Assembly (NCBI GenBank): GCA_001661245.1
Contig: KV454016.1
Coordinates: 495,381-559,380, forward strand
Length of the DNA: 64,000 nucleotides
Source: Pachysolen tannophilus NRRL Y-2460
Taxonomy: Eukaryota
Reading direction: 5' to 3'
Shown here: positions 23,428 to 37,128 of the stretch, in pieces
Position numbering within the stretch: the stretch's first letter is position 1
How the letters are laid out: every line of letters starts with the position of its first letter
Notes under the pieces: generated by a model
The model's database searches: none
What the model was told of the DNA's origin: nothing
What the model saw: the letters and a program-made list of their open reading frames with translations, nothing else
Program-made: the position numbers and the translations under genes

Positions 23428-23970
23428 TTATGGCTGGCTGAAAGATTTGATCAAGTCTGTTAATTTCAAATCAAACAAGTCACACCGGATTGGCATTTCC
23501 AAGCTATAAAATGGATTTTTCATCACATAATCACTATACAATGCGTAAATCTTCCTTAATATCGATTCTGTTTCATTGATGTTTCTATTGATACTTATAT
23601 CGCTGCTTGAAAAGCTATCTGGGTTTGAAGTATTGATATTTTCTGGTTCTTTGGAAATTGGGTTATTTGAAGTGATTAAAACAAATTTAATACCGGTTAA
23701 TGATTGAAATATAAACATCTTAAAGAAATCAGTCTCAATTGATTTTAAGCCCGACTTGTTTGTATTTGTAAAAGATGGATTGTTATATATAGTTGAAGGA
23801 ATAGCAGAAGGTGGTGAAATGTTGGATGCAATAGCATGAACACCATGAAGTATACCGGATAAAATTAAATAGTCATTAGTAGTTATTTTCTTTAAACCTT
23901 TATTAAAATCTTTTTGATAAATTAAACCCCCGGCCCTATTAAGAATATAAAGTGAATAAATCATAATCAT
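23428..23970 (-). CDS. TRS23: TRAPP subunit Trs23 (sybindin family)
   Basis: SLYILNRAGGLIY, LHGVHAI, QSLTGIKF, YSDYVMKNPFYSLEMPIRCDLFD. Confidence 0.9.
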   Translation of the reverse strand: MIMIYSLYILNRAGGLIYQKDFNKGLKKITTNDYLILSGILHGVHAIASNISPPSAIPSTIYNNPSFTNTNKSGLKSIETDFFKMFIFQSLTGIKFVLITSNNPISKEPENINTSNPDSFSSSDISINRNINETESILRKIYALYSDYVMKNPFYSLEMPIRCDLFDLKLTDLIKSFSQP

Positions 23971-24197
23971 ATATGATTAAATATATATTATATTGAGTTG
24001 TTATAATAATAAATTATTTCAATTAATATTTCAATTAATATTGAAAAGTGTTATTTTTATAAAAAATGTTAAATTATAAAATTAACAGTATTTTTTTTTA
24101 CCTTTTTTTAAATTTAATATCAATTTTTTTAATAATCTTTATCAAATGGATGATTGAAGGTTTGAATCAAAAGAGAGGCAAAGAGAGAGATAGATAG

Positions 24198-24869
24198 ATG
24201 ACAAATATACAGTTGGATTATAGATTTGCTAATGTATCCAAGAATGTGGGGAATTTATTATTTAAACCAGATCAATTATCTCAATTAGCTTCAAAAGCAT
24301 CAAAATATCAATTTAATCCATCTATATATGTTAATCCAAGTTATACAAATTTACCAAATGATACATTATTTCAAATTTTATATTTTGAAGATGTCACCCG
24401 TTCAAAATTAAACATTTTAGCAAATCTTCAAGAGCTCAATGACCCTTTGAATTCAATAAGTGATAAATTAAAGAAAAATAATAGAATACAACAAGTAATT
24501 TCTAATCATGTTGAATTAAATGATAATGTTGAAATTACAAATAATAATTCATCATCTTCAACAATAAAGGAAAATAATAATGTGATTTATAAACTATTAC
24601 TTCAAGATTGTTTTGGAAATTTAAGTTATGCTATTCCTCTTGAAAATTTAGAAATGCTTTCTTCAAATAAAGGATTATTGTTTCCTCAAAAGATAGGTTC
24701 TAAGATAATAATTAAAAAAAATTGTCAAATTTTAAATGGTTGTATATTATTAACTAGTAAAGATTTTATATTTCTTGGAGGAGAAATCCCAGGACTGCAA
24801 AATAATGAAACATGGATCAAATCAGAAATTGCAAAATTAGAAAATGAGCTTTCAAATCTTAAAAAATGA
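24198..24869 (+). CDS. RMI1: RecQ-mediated genome instability protein Rmi1 (OB fold)
   Basis: LFQIL..EDVTRSKL, YKLLLQD..G, GSKIII, FLGG resemble yeast Rmi1; position next to MET12-RAD1 matches S. cerevisiae. Confidence 0.75.
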   Translation: MTNIQLDYRFANVSKNVGNLLFKPDQLSQLASKASKYQFNPSIYVNPSYTNLPNDTLFQILYFEDVTRSKLNILANLQELNDPLNSISDKLKKNNRIQQVISNHVELNDNVEITNNNSSSSTIKENNNVIYKLLLQDCFGNLSYAIPLENLEMLSSNKGLLFPQKIGSKIIIKKNCQILNGCILLTSKDFIFLGGEIPGLQNNETWIKSEIAKLENELSNLKK

Positions 24870-25089
24870 CTAAATAAAATTTATTACTATTGAACTAACC
24901 TATGAAAAATAATAACATCTGTATTATTAATAAAAAATTAACAAAAACTATCTTATGAAAACATTAAAAAACAAATGGAGAATACCGTCTTTTTCTTAAC
25001 TTATTTATTTATCTATTTATTTAGCTTTTTCAAACAACAAAACTCCCTCACACAAATATTGTTCAATAAACAAAAAAAAAAAAGTCAAG

Positions 25090-27060
<1,971 letters not shown>

Positions 27061-27241
27061 CTATTTATTCTGTTAAAATCATCAATTAATTAAACAAACT
27101 TTTCAACTTTTCAAACTTTTTAGTCATTTAATAAACCAAGAAACAAATTGATTAAATTTGGACTACTGTTGAAAATTAGTAGTTTGCTAAATTGTATATC
27201 ATTAAAATAGTGTTATCGATGGTTTAATTGGTGATCTAAGG

Positions 27242-30200
27242 ATGGGTGATGAAAGCTCCAAGTCGTTGTTTGTATCTGAGGAGGGTGATAATGTTGATAA
27301 TGAGTTGCAAAGTATGCTTTTACAGGACGATGGGGTTATATTGTCTGGAAGGTCGAAGTTAGAAGAACAAAAGCAAGAAGGTGATGATGATGATAATCGT
27401 GATGATCATGATGATGATAGAGTAGATACGAGGTCAGCGCCAATTGATGTTAACTTATCCTTGCCTTTGAAATTTCAACAGAAAATAATTCAAGATTTGA
27501 TTCAAAATGATGGGTTATTAGTTTTAGGTAAAGGATTAGGATTAGAGACAATTACCGCTAATTTGTTACATGTATTGGGTGCTCCTACGACTTTGATAAA
27601 TACTAAGAGGAATAATAAAAATAGTAAGAGAAGTCTTGTAATATTGCTAAATGCATATGAATCAGAGAATGAGAAAATTTCACAGGAGTTATTGGAATTA
27701 TCCTGGTTAGATTCTTTTGAAGATTTGAATTTAAATGAATCAAATTCAACTAAAAATCCTTTTGTTGTTGTTGGAGGTGAAAATGTTACAGTGGATAAAC
27801 GTGGTAAAATTTATCAAAAAGGTGGTATAATATCAGTTAGATCAAGAGTATTCGTTGTAGATCTATTATCAGGTATAATTGATCCAAATTTAATAACGGG
27901 TATTGTATTATTACACGCAGAGAGAATTTCAGAAACTTCTAATGAATCTTTTATATTAACGTTGTATCGTGAAAATAATGGATGGGGTTTTATAAAAGCT
28001 TTATCAGATCAACCAGAATCCTTTAATATAGGATTTCAACCTTTGTATAACAAGCTTAAAGATTTGAAATTGAATAAAGTTTTCTTGTGGCCTCGGTTTC
28101 ATATAGATGTGACATCTTCTTTATTACCAAAAACTCAAAATAATAAAGTCAGTAAAAAAGATACTAGAAATATTGTGATTGAAATTAATGTAAAAATGAC
28201 AGAATCAATGAAACAAATTCAGATTGCCATATTAGCTTGTATAGATGCTTGTATTTCGGAAATTCGTCGTCATAATCCTACTTTATCAACGGAATACTGG
28301 ACAAGTGAAAATGCATTAGATGATGAATTTGTAAGAGTGATAAGGGGATCATTAGATCCAGTTTGGCATAGAGTCTCATGGACAACAAAACAATTGGTTT
28401 ACGATTTAACTACTTTAAAAGATTTGTTATTTAAATTATTGTCATTGGATTCTATTAAATTTTATGAATTTATATTTCAAATTGTCGAATCTAATAAGCC
28501 CTCAGTTAATGTTAGCAAATTAAATCAATCCCCTTGGTTGATGTTGGATGAAGCAACAACTATTATTACATATGCAAAGCAAAGAGTATTCCAAGTAATT
28601 AAAGAAAAACAAAAAGAAACTGATAAAATCGAATCCACTTATTTATTGGAAGAACAACCAAAATGGGAACAATTAGCTCTTTTATTGGATGATATTAATC
28701 AAGAAAGGCAACTCATAGATAATTTAGAACTTGGTCCAGTATTAATTATGTGTTCATCAAATACTGTATGCAGACAATTGAGAACATATTTAACGAAAAT
28801 GAAAGAAAATATTTCAGATGATGGTCATGGAAACAAGTCATATAGTGGAAGAAAAATGATGATACAAAGAATTAAAGAATATTTAGATTGGAAAAGAGCA
28901 GTAAGTAAGATAAATAAAAGTGTTCACCAACAGACGATTATAAATCAGCAAAGACAACAAAATAAAAAAGAAGAGGAATTAATAACCTCAAAAACTTTTA
29001 CCAGAGGAAAAGCACCTCCAGGTAAAAGAAGAAGAACAAGAGGAAATGCGGCAGTTGCATCAGTTAATAGACTTCATAGAGCAGATTTAGCTAAAGAGAA
29101 TGAAGATATAGATTTGGTCCTTCTAGACCGTTTAGACGGTGAAATAAGTGAACCAGAGGACAAAACTGATATGAATGAAGAAGTTAACGAAAAAATTCTG
29201 GACGAAATAGTAGAGGTTGACTTTGATAAAAGCCAACATGAAACAGAAGATTATGATGATATAGTGGTTACTGGCTCAAAAGTTACAACTTGGGACTATG
29301 ATTACATTGATAGAAAAGATCAAATAATAATAGAAGCATTCAATAACAATACAGATGACATTTTGTTACAAGAGATAATGCCATCATATATAATTATGTA
29401 TGAGCCGGATTTATCTTTTATTAGAAGGGTTGAAGTTTATCAAGCAGTGAATAAAGATAGACCAGCTAAGACATTTTTCATGTATTATGGAAATTCTGTT
29501 GAAGAACAAAAACATTTAAATAATATTAGAAAAGAAAAAGAGAGTTTCACAAAATTGATTAGAGAGAAGGGAAAATTGGCAAATACATTTTCAGCAGAAG
29601 AGGATAATAAGAAGTTTCAAAATATAAGAAAAGATCAAGTTTATAATACAAGAATCGCTGGTGGCTCCACCTTCAAAGACCCAAATAAAGAAACCAGGGT
29701 TATTGTTGATATGAGAGAATTTAGTGGCTCATCATTACCGAATCTTTTACATAGAATAGGTATCAGGGTTTTTCCGTGTATGTTAACTGTGGGAGACTAT
29801 ATTATTTCACCCAAAATTTGTATTGAAAGAAAATCCATTCCAGATTTGATATCGTCTTTTAAATCTGGTAGACTCTACCAGCAATGTGAACAAATGTTTA
29901 GGCATTATGAGCTTCCTACTTTGTTAATAGAATTTGAGGAAAATAAATCGTTTTCCTTGGACCCTTTTTCTGAGCTAAGAACTAGGCTTACAAATAATTT
30001 CTCTGGAAAAGGTACTTCTGATCCCATTACATCGAAGCTATTGCAACAAGATATTCAGTCGAAATTAATAATGCTATTACTTGCATTTCCTAAACTAAAG
30101 ATTATATGGTCGTCATCACCCTATCAGACTGCACAGATCATATTGGAACTCAAAGCAAAACAGGACGAGCCAGATCCCTCTATAGCTGTCAGTGTTGGTT

Positions 30201-30433
30201 TGGATGATCATGATGATGCAGTTGATGGCCCACCTCAATATAACGATGCTGCTATTGATCTTATTCAAAATATTCCTGGAATCAATAATGTAAACTATCA
30301 TTTAATCATCAGAAAAATTAGAAATATAAGAGAATTAGTCAACATGCCAGAAGAAGAATTAGGTGAGATTATCGGTAAGGAACTGGCAAGGAAAGCTACT
30401 AATTTTTTTGTAAAAAATTGTTTAAAAGATTGA
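27242..30433 (+). CDS. RAD1: XPF-family structure-specific endonuclease Rad1
   Basis: LWPRFH, LEEQPKW, IRRVEVY, VIVDMREF, GDYI..ERKS (ERCC4 motif), C-terminal HhH region. Confidence 0.95.
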   Translation: MGDESSKSLFVSEEGDNVDNELQSMLLQDDGVILSGRSKLEEQKQEGDDDDNRDDHDDDRVDTRSAPIDVNLSLPLKFQQKIIQDLIQNDGLLVLGKGLGLETITANLLHVLGAPTTLINTKRNNKNSKRSLVILLNAYESENEKISQELLELSWLDSFEDLNLNESNSTKNPFVVVGGENVTVDKRGKIYQKGGIISVRSRVFVVDLLSGIIDPNLITGIVLLHAERISETSNESFILTLYRENNGWGFIKALSDQPESFNIGFQPLYNKLKDLKLNKVFLWPRFHIDVTSSLLPKTQNNKVSKKDTRNIVIEINVKMTESMKQIQIAILACIDACISEIRRHNPTLSTEYWTSENALDDEFVRVIRGSLDPVWHRVSWTTKQLVYDLTTLKDLLFKLLSLDSIKFYEFIFQIVESNKPSVNVSKLNQSPWLMLDEATTIITYAKQRVFQVIKEKQKETDKIESTYLLEEQPKWEQLALLLDDINQERQLIDNLELGPVLIMCSSNTVCRQLRTYLTKMKENISDDGHGNKSYSGRKMMIQRIKEYLDWKRAVSKINKSVHQQTIINQQRQQNKKEEELITSKTFTRGKAPPGKRRRTRGNAAVASVNRLHRADLAKENEDIDLVLLDRLDGEISEPEDKTDMNEEVNEKILDEIVEVDFDKSQHETEDYDDIVVTGSKVTTWDYDYIDRKDQIIIEAFNNNTDDILLQEIMPSYIIMYEPDLSFIRRVEVYQAVNKDRPAKTFFMYYGNSVEEQKHLNNIRKEKESFTKLIREKGKLANTFSAEEDNKKFQNIRKDQVYNTRIAGGSTFKDPNKETRVIVDMREFSGSSLPNLLHRIGIRVFPCMLTVGDYIISPKICIERKSIPDLISSFKSGRLYQQCEQMFRHYELPTLLIEFEENKSFSLDPFSELRTRLTNNFSGKGTSDPITSKLLQQDIQSKLIMLLLAFPKLKIIWSSSPYQTAQIILELKAKQDEPDPSIAVSVGLDDHDDAVDGPPQYNDAAIDLIQNIPGINNVNYHLIIRKIRNIRELVNMPEEELGEIIGKELARKATNFFVKNCLKD

Positions 30434-30540
30434 AGGTGAATATCTGCTTCTGAACATGAAATGAAATTTCTGTATATAAATAATAGTTTTACAATTAGGT
30501 AAATTATAAAATGTATTTAATTATTAAGAAAATAATACTC

Positions 30541-32679
30541 TTATTTAGCACCATACCTGTTAATTGATTTTCCGTCAGGAATGGTAAAGAAAACATAAGG
30601 TTTATCGTTATTACCAATAGCATCCAATCTAAAGTAACCTTTTCTTTCAAACTGAATGACATCACCAACCTTCATTTTTCTGATGTTCAAATCACCAAAG
30701 GCAGATGTGTGAAATTCAGTGTTTGGAGTAAGGAAATCTTCAAAATTATCACCTTCATCCAATTTGTCCTTTGTGATTAAGTGATCAAAGTCAACCAAAT
30801 CAAGTTTGACTTTATCAGGGGTATCAGCCAACCATGTTAATTTTTTGGAAGTTTTCTTGAAATCACCTTCTAGATTCAATCTTCCAGTAACTGACTTGAC
30901 AACATCACCTTCTTTTTCAATCTTTTCAACAATGGCATTACCCCAGTCCATAAGTGTAAGTTCTTCTCCTTCTTCTAATGCATCTGCATCTGCCTGTTCA
31001 AGAATAATATCTTTATAGTAAATTACGTCTTTCAAACCAAGATCCAGATTTTTCTTATGTTTAGGCTTTTGTTCAACAACTGGAGTAGTTGGTCCATCTA
31101 CTAAATGGAATTTAACAACATTTTTATCCTCAACAGCAACGTGTCTTGGAGCAATGGGATCAATAATTTTCTTATTAGTTGCCCAAATAACATTCCAATC
31201 AAGATTGATGATATTCTTTGAAGGACCTTGAGCAATGACAAAATTCCACAAGCCTTCAACAGACATACCACGTCTTCTAACTCCTCTAACAGTTGGAAAA
31301 CGAGGGTCATCCCAGTTACCGACGTAACCTTTATCGACAAACCATTGCAATTTTCTTTTAGATAAAAGGGTTCTGACAAAGTTGACTCTAGCAAAATCCC
31401 AAATATGGACTTTTCTTAAATGTAAAGCATCCAACATCCAATCGTATTGAGCATTACGGTCACGATATTCAATTGTTCTCAAAGCATGAGTAACACCTTC
31501 TAAAGAATCGACAATTGGGACACAGAAATCATAAGTTGGATACATCTTCCAGCTTGTTCCAGTTCTGTGATGTGGAGTTAGATTACACCTGTAAATGACA
31601 GGATCACGTAAAGTCTTATTTAAAGCTGTATAATCAATTTTGGCTCTAAGACAGTTTTTCAAACCTTCTTCAGTACCGTTCTTCATTTCTTGAGTGAAAA
31701 TTTTTAAATTCTCCTCAATTGATCTATCTCTTCTTTCTGATTTAAGGCCATCCATTCTTTCAGCTCTCATTTTTTCCAACGGAGTATCATCACAGTAAGC
31801 TTTTCCTTCTTTGATTAACTTAACTGCCAAGTCGTACATTTGCTCAAAGTAATCAGATGAATAGGTAATCCTATCACCTTTGATACCCAATAATTGTAAA
31901 TCTTCAAGAATCGAGTCCTGGAATTCGACATTTTCTTTGGAAGGATTAGTATCATCAAATCTTATAATCAATTTACCGTGGTACAAATCAGCAAAGTATT
32001 TGTTCAAGATAGCTGCTTTAGCATGTCCAATATGTAAATATCCAGAAGGTTCCGGAGGAAATCTAGTAACGACCTCACCATCTTTAGCATCTTGCAAATT
32101 GATGTCGAAGTTAGCCTTATGTGTCTTCTTTTCACCTGAAGCAGAACTAGCAGCTTTACGAATTTCAACAATAGATTTATTCATGAGTTCCACCATTCCA
32201 CCAAATCTTTTATCACTGTCCAAAAACAAGTACCATCTTGAAACATTGATATAAGCTGAAGATTTGATAACAGATCCCATAACAGGATTAGCTCTTAAAA
32301 CACCCCAGACAGCAATATCGGAAGCTGATACCTTGTGACCAACAATAAAAGACCTGAAGTTCAAGTGTGAGTCAAGTTTTTCTAATTCAACAGATAAAAG
32401 CTTAAAATCTTTAGTAGTCAACTTTGATGAAAATTCAATCCATTCAGATAAATTATCAGTAGAAATTTTTGATAATCCAACTAAATGATTGAAAACAGAG
32501 TTATTATCGGTAGCGATGACCTTGTCACCTTGGGAAAGTTTAACTTCTGGAGCTTTTTCATCTACAAATGAAACATTAATAGAAGTGTCAGATTTCTCTG
32601 TATTAATAAAAGCAGCAGCTATCAAACTAGCATAAGCTACAATCGGAGCTTTAGCAGCTAATACCAACGAAGTAGACAT
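30541..32679 (-). CDS. GUS1: Cytosolic glutamyl-tRNA synthetase
   Basis: GST-like N-domain, RFPPEPSGYLHIGH, LLSKR, QFERKGY; ATG at 32679. Confidence 0.96.
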   Translation of the reverse strand: MSTSLVLAAKAPIVAYASLIAAAFINTEKSDTSINVSFVDEKAPEVKLSQGDKVIATDNNSVFNHLVGLSKISTDNLSEWIEFSSKLTTKDFKLLSVELEKLDSHLNFRSFIVGHKVSASDIAVWGVLRANPVMGSVIKSSAYINVSRWYLFLDSDKRFGGMVELMNKSIVEIRKAASSASGEKKTHKANFDINLQDAKDGEVVTRFPPEPSGYLHIGHAKAAILNKYFADLYHGKLIIRFDDTNPSKENVEFQDSILEDLQLLGIKGDRITYSSDYFEQMYDLAVKLIKEGKAYCDDTPLEKMRAERMDGLKSERRDRSIEENLKIFTQEMKNGTEEGLKNCLRAKIDYTALNKTLRDPVIYRCNLTPHHRTGTSWKMYPTYDFCVPIVDSLEGVTHALRTIEYRDRNAQYDWMLDALHLRKVHIWDFARVNFVRTLLSKRKLQWFVDKGYVGNWDDPRFPTVRGVRRRGMSVEGLWNFVIAQGPSKNIINLDWNVIWATNKKIIDPIAPRHVAVEDKNVVKFHLVDGPTTPVVEQKPKHKKNLDLGLKDVIYYKDIILEQADADALEEGEELTLMDWGNAIVEKIEKEGDVVKSVTGRLNLEGDFKKTSKKLTWLADTPDKVKLDLVDFDHLITKDKLDEGDNFEDFLTPNTEFHTSAFGDLNIRKMKVGDVIQFERKGYFRLDAIGNNDKPYVFFTIPDGKSINRYGAK

Positions 32680-32831
32680 AATCAATGAATTAATTATCAA
32701 TAGCAATTAATTTAGAATTGAGTTGTTATTATATATTCTTTGCTTTACTTTAAAAACTTCACTTTTTTTGACGGAAGTTCAAAAAAGTGAAAATTTTGAA
32801 AAATTCTTGTGCGGCTCACACCGAAGAACAA

Positions 32832-32918
32832 AACGACAATGACAACGACAACGACGACGATGACGACAACGATGACGACAACGATGACGACAACGATGAC
32901 GACAACGATGATGATAAT
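32832..32918 (+). repeat. Intergenic GAC/AAC/GAT repeat with four perfect copies of GATGACGACAAC (32859-32906)
   Basis: Read directly from the sequence. Confidence 0.9.
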
Positions 32919-33029
32919 TACAAAAGATTTATATCAGTAAGTAATAATAATACAATTAGCATCTATAGAGACGTATAAAATATATAAAATATCAAAACAG
33001 AAAAAAGAAAAGTGTATAAGTAGACAGAC

Positions 33030-36000
33030 TTATTTTGAAAAAATTTCCATATATTTTTTCAATTCGTCGGAATATTTGGATAATTCCATCAATTCAGCTA
33101 GAATATTATTATCAACAAAAGGAGATATGCTTGCTGTACTGACGATATCATCTCTTGGGAATACGTTTGGCAATTTTAGTAATTTCATTAATTCCGGGTT
33201 TACCAGCTCATTACTACTCTCGTTAGCATCAGAATCTACCTTATTATTTTCAGAGATTTTGATAAAGTCAAGACTCTTGGAAACCAACAAATTCAAAATC
33301 TTGAGGCATCTATATGAGATTAAAGCCAATTCAGGAGAAGCAGGTTGATTGACGTTGACTAAAGCAATACCTATCTTGCTTAGTGTTGACCCAATTAGTT
33401 CTGACTTGGTCAACCAGCCTAAAGCTAAATTTTCTTCAAAATTTTCTGGATTTAGCATTTCCAACACCAATATACATGAAAGTAACGATTGGGATATAAC
33501 AATTTTTCTTTCCTCTAATACTGACAGTAAAGAATTCATTGTGTGTATAGGTAAAACAGACAACAAAAAGGAAAATAATTTTTTCAAAAAGATACCGCTT
33601 GAGGGATCTTTCCCGTTCAAATACAACTTTGATAACCTTAAAACTTCACCAATAGTTTCTTCCTCATTCAGTTCATTTACAATTGAGAAATTACCGGTTA
33701 TTACAGCTCTCAATAAACTTTTATTTGGTGGATCTCTAACCAAAATTTTGGTTAACAGATCAATTGAATAAGGTTGGTATTTCTGTAATGCAGGCCTGTA
33801 TTTCGGAATAAATAAATCATTACTTTCCAACTTTTCTAATTCCTCCTCAAGATTAGAATAATTTGTCTCAATTCCATCATCCAACTTACCGCTGAAAGAT
33901 AAAGTAAGCATTAGTATCAATAATGCTTCTTCAAATGACCTTAATTGCAATAGCAATGCAATGTTGGACAATAATATAGTAGAGTCTTTAATAAATGTCA
34001 ACACTTTTCTGGCAAAGATAAATTTCTTTGGGTAAGAAGCAATACAATAAAGCAATTTGAAAAAAAAATCTTTGAAAACTTCGTTAAATGCAATAACCTC
34101 ATGATTATTTCCAATAAAAGAAAGATTTCTTAAAATTATAGATACTGTCGATAATCTTTCAACTAACATTAATTGATGATTTACTGACGACCTCAACATT
34201 ACTGGAGCATCTGGTTTTTGAATTTCATCACGACATTGAATCAATAAATCTGAATACAACAGAATTCTAAAGCTTTCTGGCCTGTCGTTAACTGAATTTG
34301 TTGTTGCATTAGAATTAATCGTTGTGTTAGCAAATGTATCTGGTGTAATTGGCTCTGCTGAATTATCTTCAACATCACTGTCTTGATCTATAGAATTATC
34401 ATCAACATCAACTTCCTCACCAGTGAAAGAATCAATGTTAACAGTTACAGATTCTTTCCTCTTACTTGACTGATTGCGCTCATTATTCTCTTTGATAAAA
34501 CTATTAAAAACATCATCAATACGATCTTTACTAGAAATTAAATCAGCAATATTTTCCAGTTTCTGATACGACCCATCACCGTAAACTAACTCATTTAATA
34601 CATCAATACCCAACTGGCATAGACTATCTAATAATTCCGGACATTCTCTTAATAACAATATCAAATTATTATCTGAAGCAGTAACCAATAAAGTGTTTAA
34701 AGCATTATTAACCTGTGAATTACTGCTACTATTTAATGACATTGTTAGAGCTAGCAAATCAATATTACCTAATTCAGGAGCAAATAAGTAAAAAGGTTTA
34801 GTTGCATCTAAATTCTGTCCCAATGTCATCAAATTATTAATATCATAACCAGCAATGAATTCTAGAGCTCTCTGCGGTGGGGTATAATTTCGAATAACTG
34901 CAGGAATTTCCTCTTTGACACGAGGTCCTAAAGCATCACTAAAAGTTTCGCCATGAATACCAGATGCTGATTGTGGGGTACTTGCAGCAGAAAATGATTG
35001 CTGCTGCTGTTGTCTTGGTTGAGCACCTGATGTGGGAGGAACAAAACCTCCTATTCCAGAAATAGAAGCTTCTCTAGAATTAGAAGAAGCAGGGGAATCT
35101 ACTCTTTGCAAAGGTTGTTGTTGTTGATGTAATTGTTGGATCATCATTGGAGATGAGGTCAGTTGAGAAATAGAAGATGGTGAATTTTTGCTTTTGCTTT
35201 TTGGAAGATTCTTTGCTCTTCCTCTCTTTTTAGTTTGCGAAGCTTGCTGCTGCTGTTGCTGAAATTGTTGTGGCTGGAATTGTTGTTGTTGAAATTGCTG
35301 CTGTTGTGGAGCTCGAGGAATATTTTGCTGTTGCTGAGGCATCATTGGCTGCTGTTGTTGAAATTGTTGATGCGGTTGTTGTTGTGGTTGTTGTTGTTGT
35401 TGCAGTTGCAGTTGCTGTGGCGCTAAATGTGGCATAGCCGCTTTTGGAACTGGACTTTGTTGTTGTTGCAGTTGTTGTTGTTGTTGTTGTTGCTGCTGCT
35501 GCTGCTGCTGCGCTAAAAGCTGCTGCTGCATTTGTTTTTGTAGGTTAATTTTAATGTTTTGGACTTCACGTTGCCCATCAGGAGTTGAGGAATATTGTTC
35601 AAAAGGTAGTAAGTACTGAGCATAAACTGTAGCTATATCTCTTGCATAGTTTGGATTGCTTTCAATTGGTAGATTGAATTTTGATGCAATAAATCCCCAT
35701 TGATTATTTTTGGAAATATTATTTGTTCCTCCCATCTTATTGACTAACACATATAAAAAAAATAAATGAATTTTCCTTCCATCAATAACGGGATTTTGAT
35801 TCAATGGAGTTCCTCTACGTCTCATAAATTCTCGTAATGTTTTCATGAATAATTCTATCTGTAAATGGCTCATTTGTAGCTGCCTTCTTTGTTGTTGCAG
35901 CAGCTGCAGCTGTTGTAATTGAGGAGAAATTTTCTGTTGATCTTGTGCCAGCTGCTGTTGTTGCTGTTGCTGTTGCTGTTGTTGAGGTTGAGGCTGAGAT

Positions 36001-36601
36001 TGAGGTTGAGGAAGAGGAGGAACCATAGGACTTCCATTCGAAGAACCTTGGGAATTATTATTGTTCGCTTGCAAGTTTGCTTGTTGTTGCTGCATCTGCT
36101 GCATTCTTTGTTGTTGCAATTGCTGGAAAAGCTGTTGCTGCTGCGTTTGCATCTGGTTCCTATTATTATTGTTAGTGTTGCTATTGTTATTGTTACCGTA
36201 ATTAGGAGGACTTGCTACATTCTGCTGCTGTTGCTGTTGTTGTTGTTGTTGCTGCTGTTGCTGCTGGTGGTGTTGCAATATTTGGTTCTGTAAAAGTTGC
36301 TGCTGTTGCAATTTCTTGAATTGGTTCTGTTTCTGTTGTTGATCAATCATAAACTGCTGCTGTTGTTTTTGTCTCAAAGCAGCCATCATTGCACTTTTAT
36401 CCAAGAGGCTACCATTGAAATTGGCGTTATTTCCTGGAGGACCATTGTTACTGAATTGCCCAATATTATTATTATTATTATTATTGTTATTATTATTGAT
36501 ATCTGCAAAATTCAAAAACGAGGACATTTCAGTATCGTCCGTGTTCATATTACCATTGTTATTACTATTACCATTATTATTATTATTATTATTATTATCA
36601 A

Positions 36602-36651
<50 letters not shown>

Positions 36652-36704
36652 GTATTGGTATTATTATTACCAAACTGTTCATTCATCCAAAATTGGTCCG
36701 ACAT
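33030..36704 (-). CDS. SWI1: SWI/SNF subunit Swi1 (N/Q-rich N-terminus, ARID domain, ARM-like C-terminus)
   Basis: ARID motif IHLFFLYVLVNKMGG...W...YAQYLLPFE; APELGNIDL, ALNTLLVTAS, ILRNLSF. Confidence 0.88.
36464..36669. repeat. Coding (ATT/AAT)n microsatellites encoding Swi1 poly-Asn
   Basis: Long tta/att runs read directly. Confidence 0.9.
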
Positions 36705-37128
36705 TTTCAGGTTTATATCTTCAGCAACGAAGATAAAGATGACTAACAGCGGTTAAATATATTATCTTCCAATATATTTTCATATTATATTATATAATAT
36801 TATATATATTTCTGAATTTTGTCTATTTTTTTTTTTTTTTGACTTTTTTTTGATAATTATCGTCAAGCTCTTTTTTGAGACGAAATTACACGACAAAAAA
36901 CTTACGATTACTATTACTACAAACGATGGAACCAACAAGATGATTATGATGATGATAATGGAATGACAAAATGAAGCTTAAGGATATCTAATGATGGATG
37001 ATGGTATATAAAAGTTGAAAGGGGAGTAGAACAGATGATGAAAAAGAGAGAGAAAAAAAAAAAAAAGAAAAAAAGAGAAAGAAAAAAGAAAACGAAAAGA
37101 AATAAAAAAAGTAAAACCAAGCCTGTTG

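Noticed and set aside
24867..24893. TGA-CTA readthrough context at the RMI1 stop
   Set aside because: The extension would be LNKIYYY with no PTS1 or other signal; probably chance.
35235..36756. Antisense poly-Leu/poly-Ile ORFs over SWI1 (similar ones over NAB3, FIG4 and the kinase)
   Set aside because: Shadows of CAA/CAG/AAT coding repeats on the opposite strand or in other frames.
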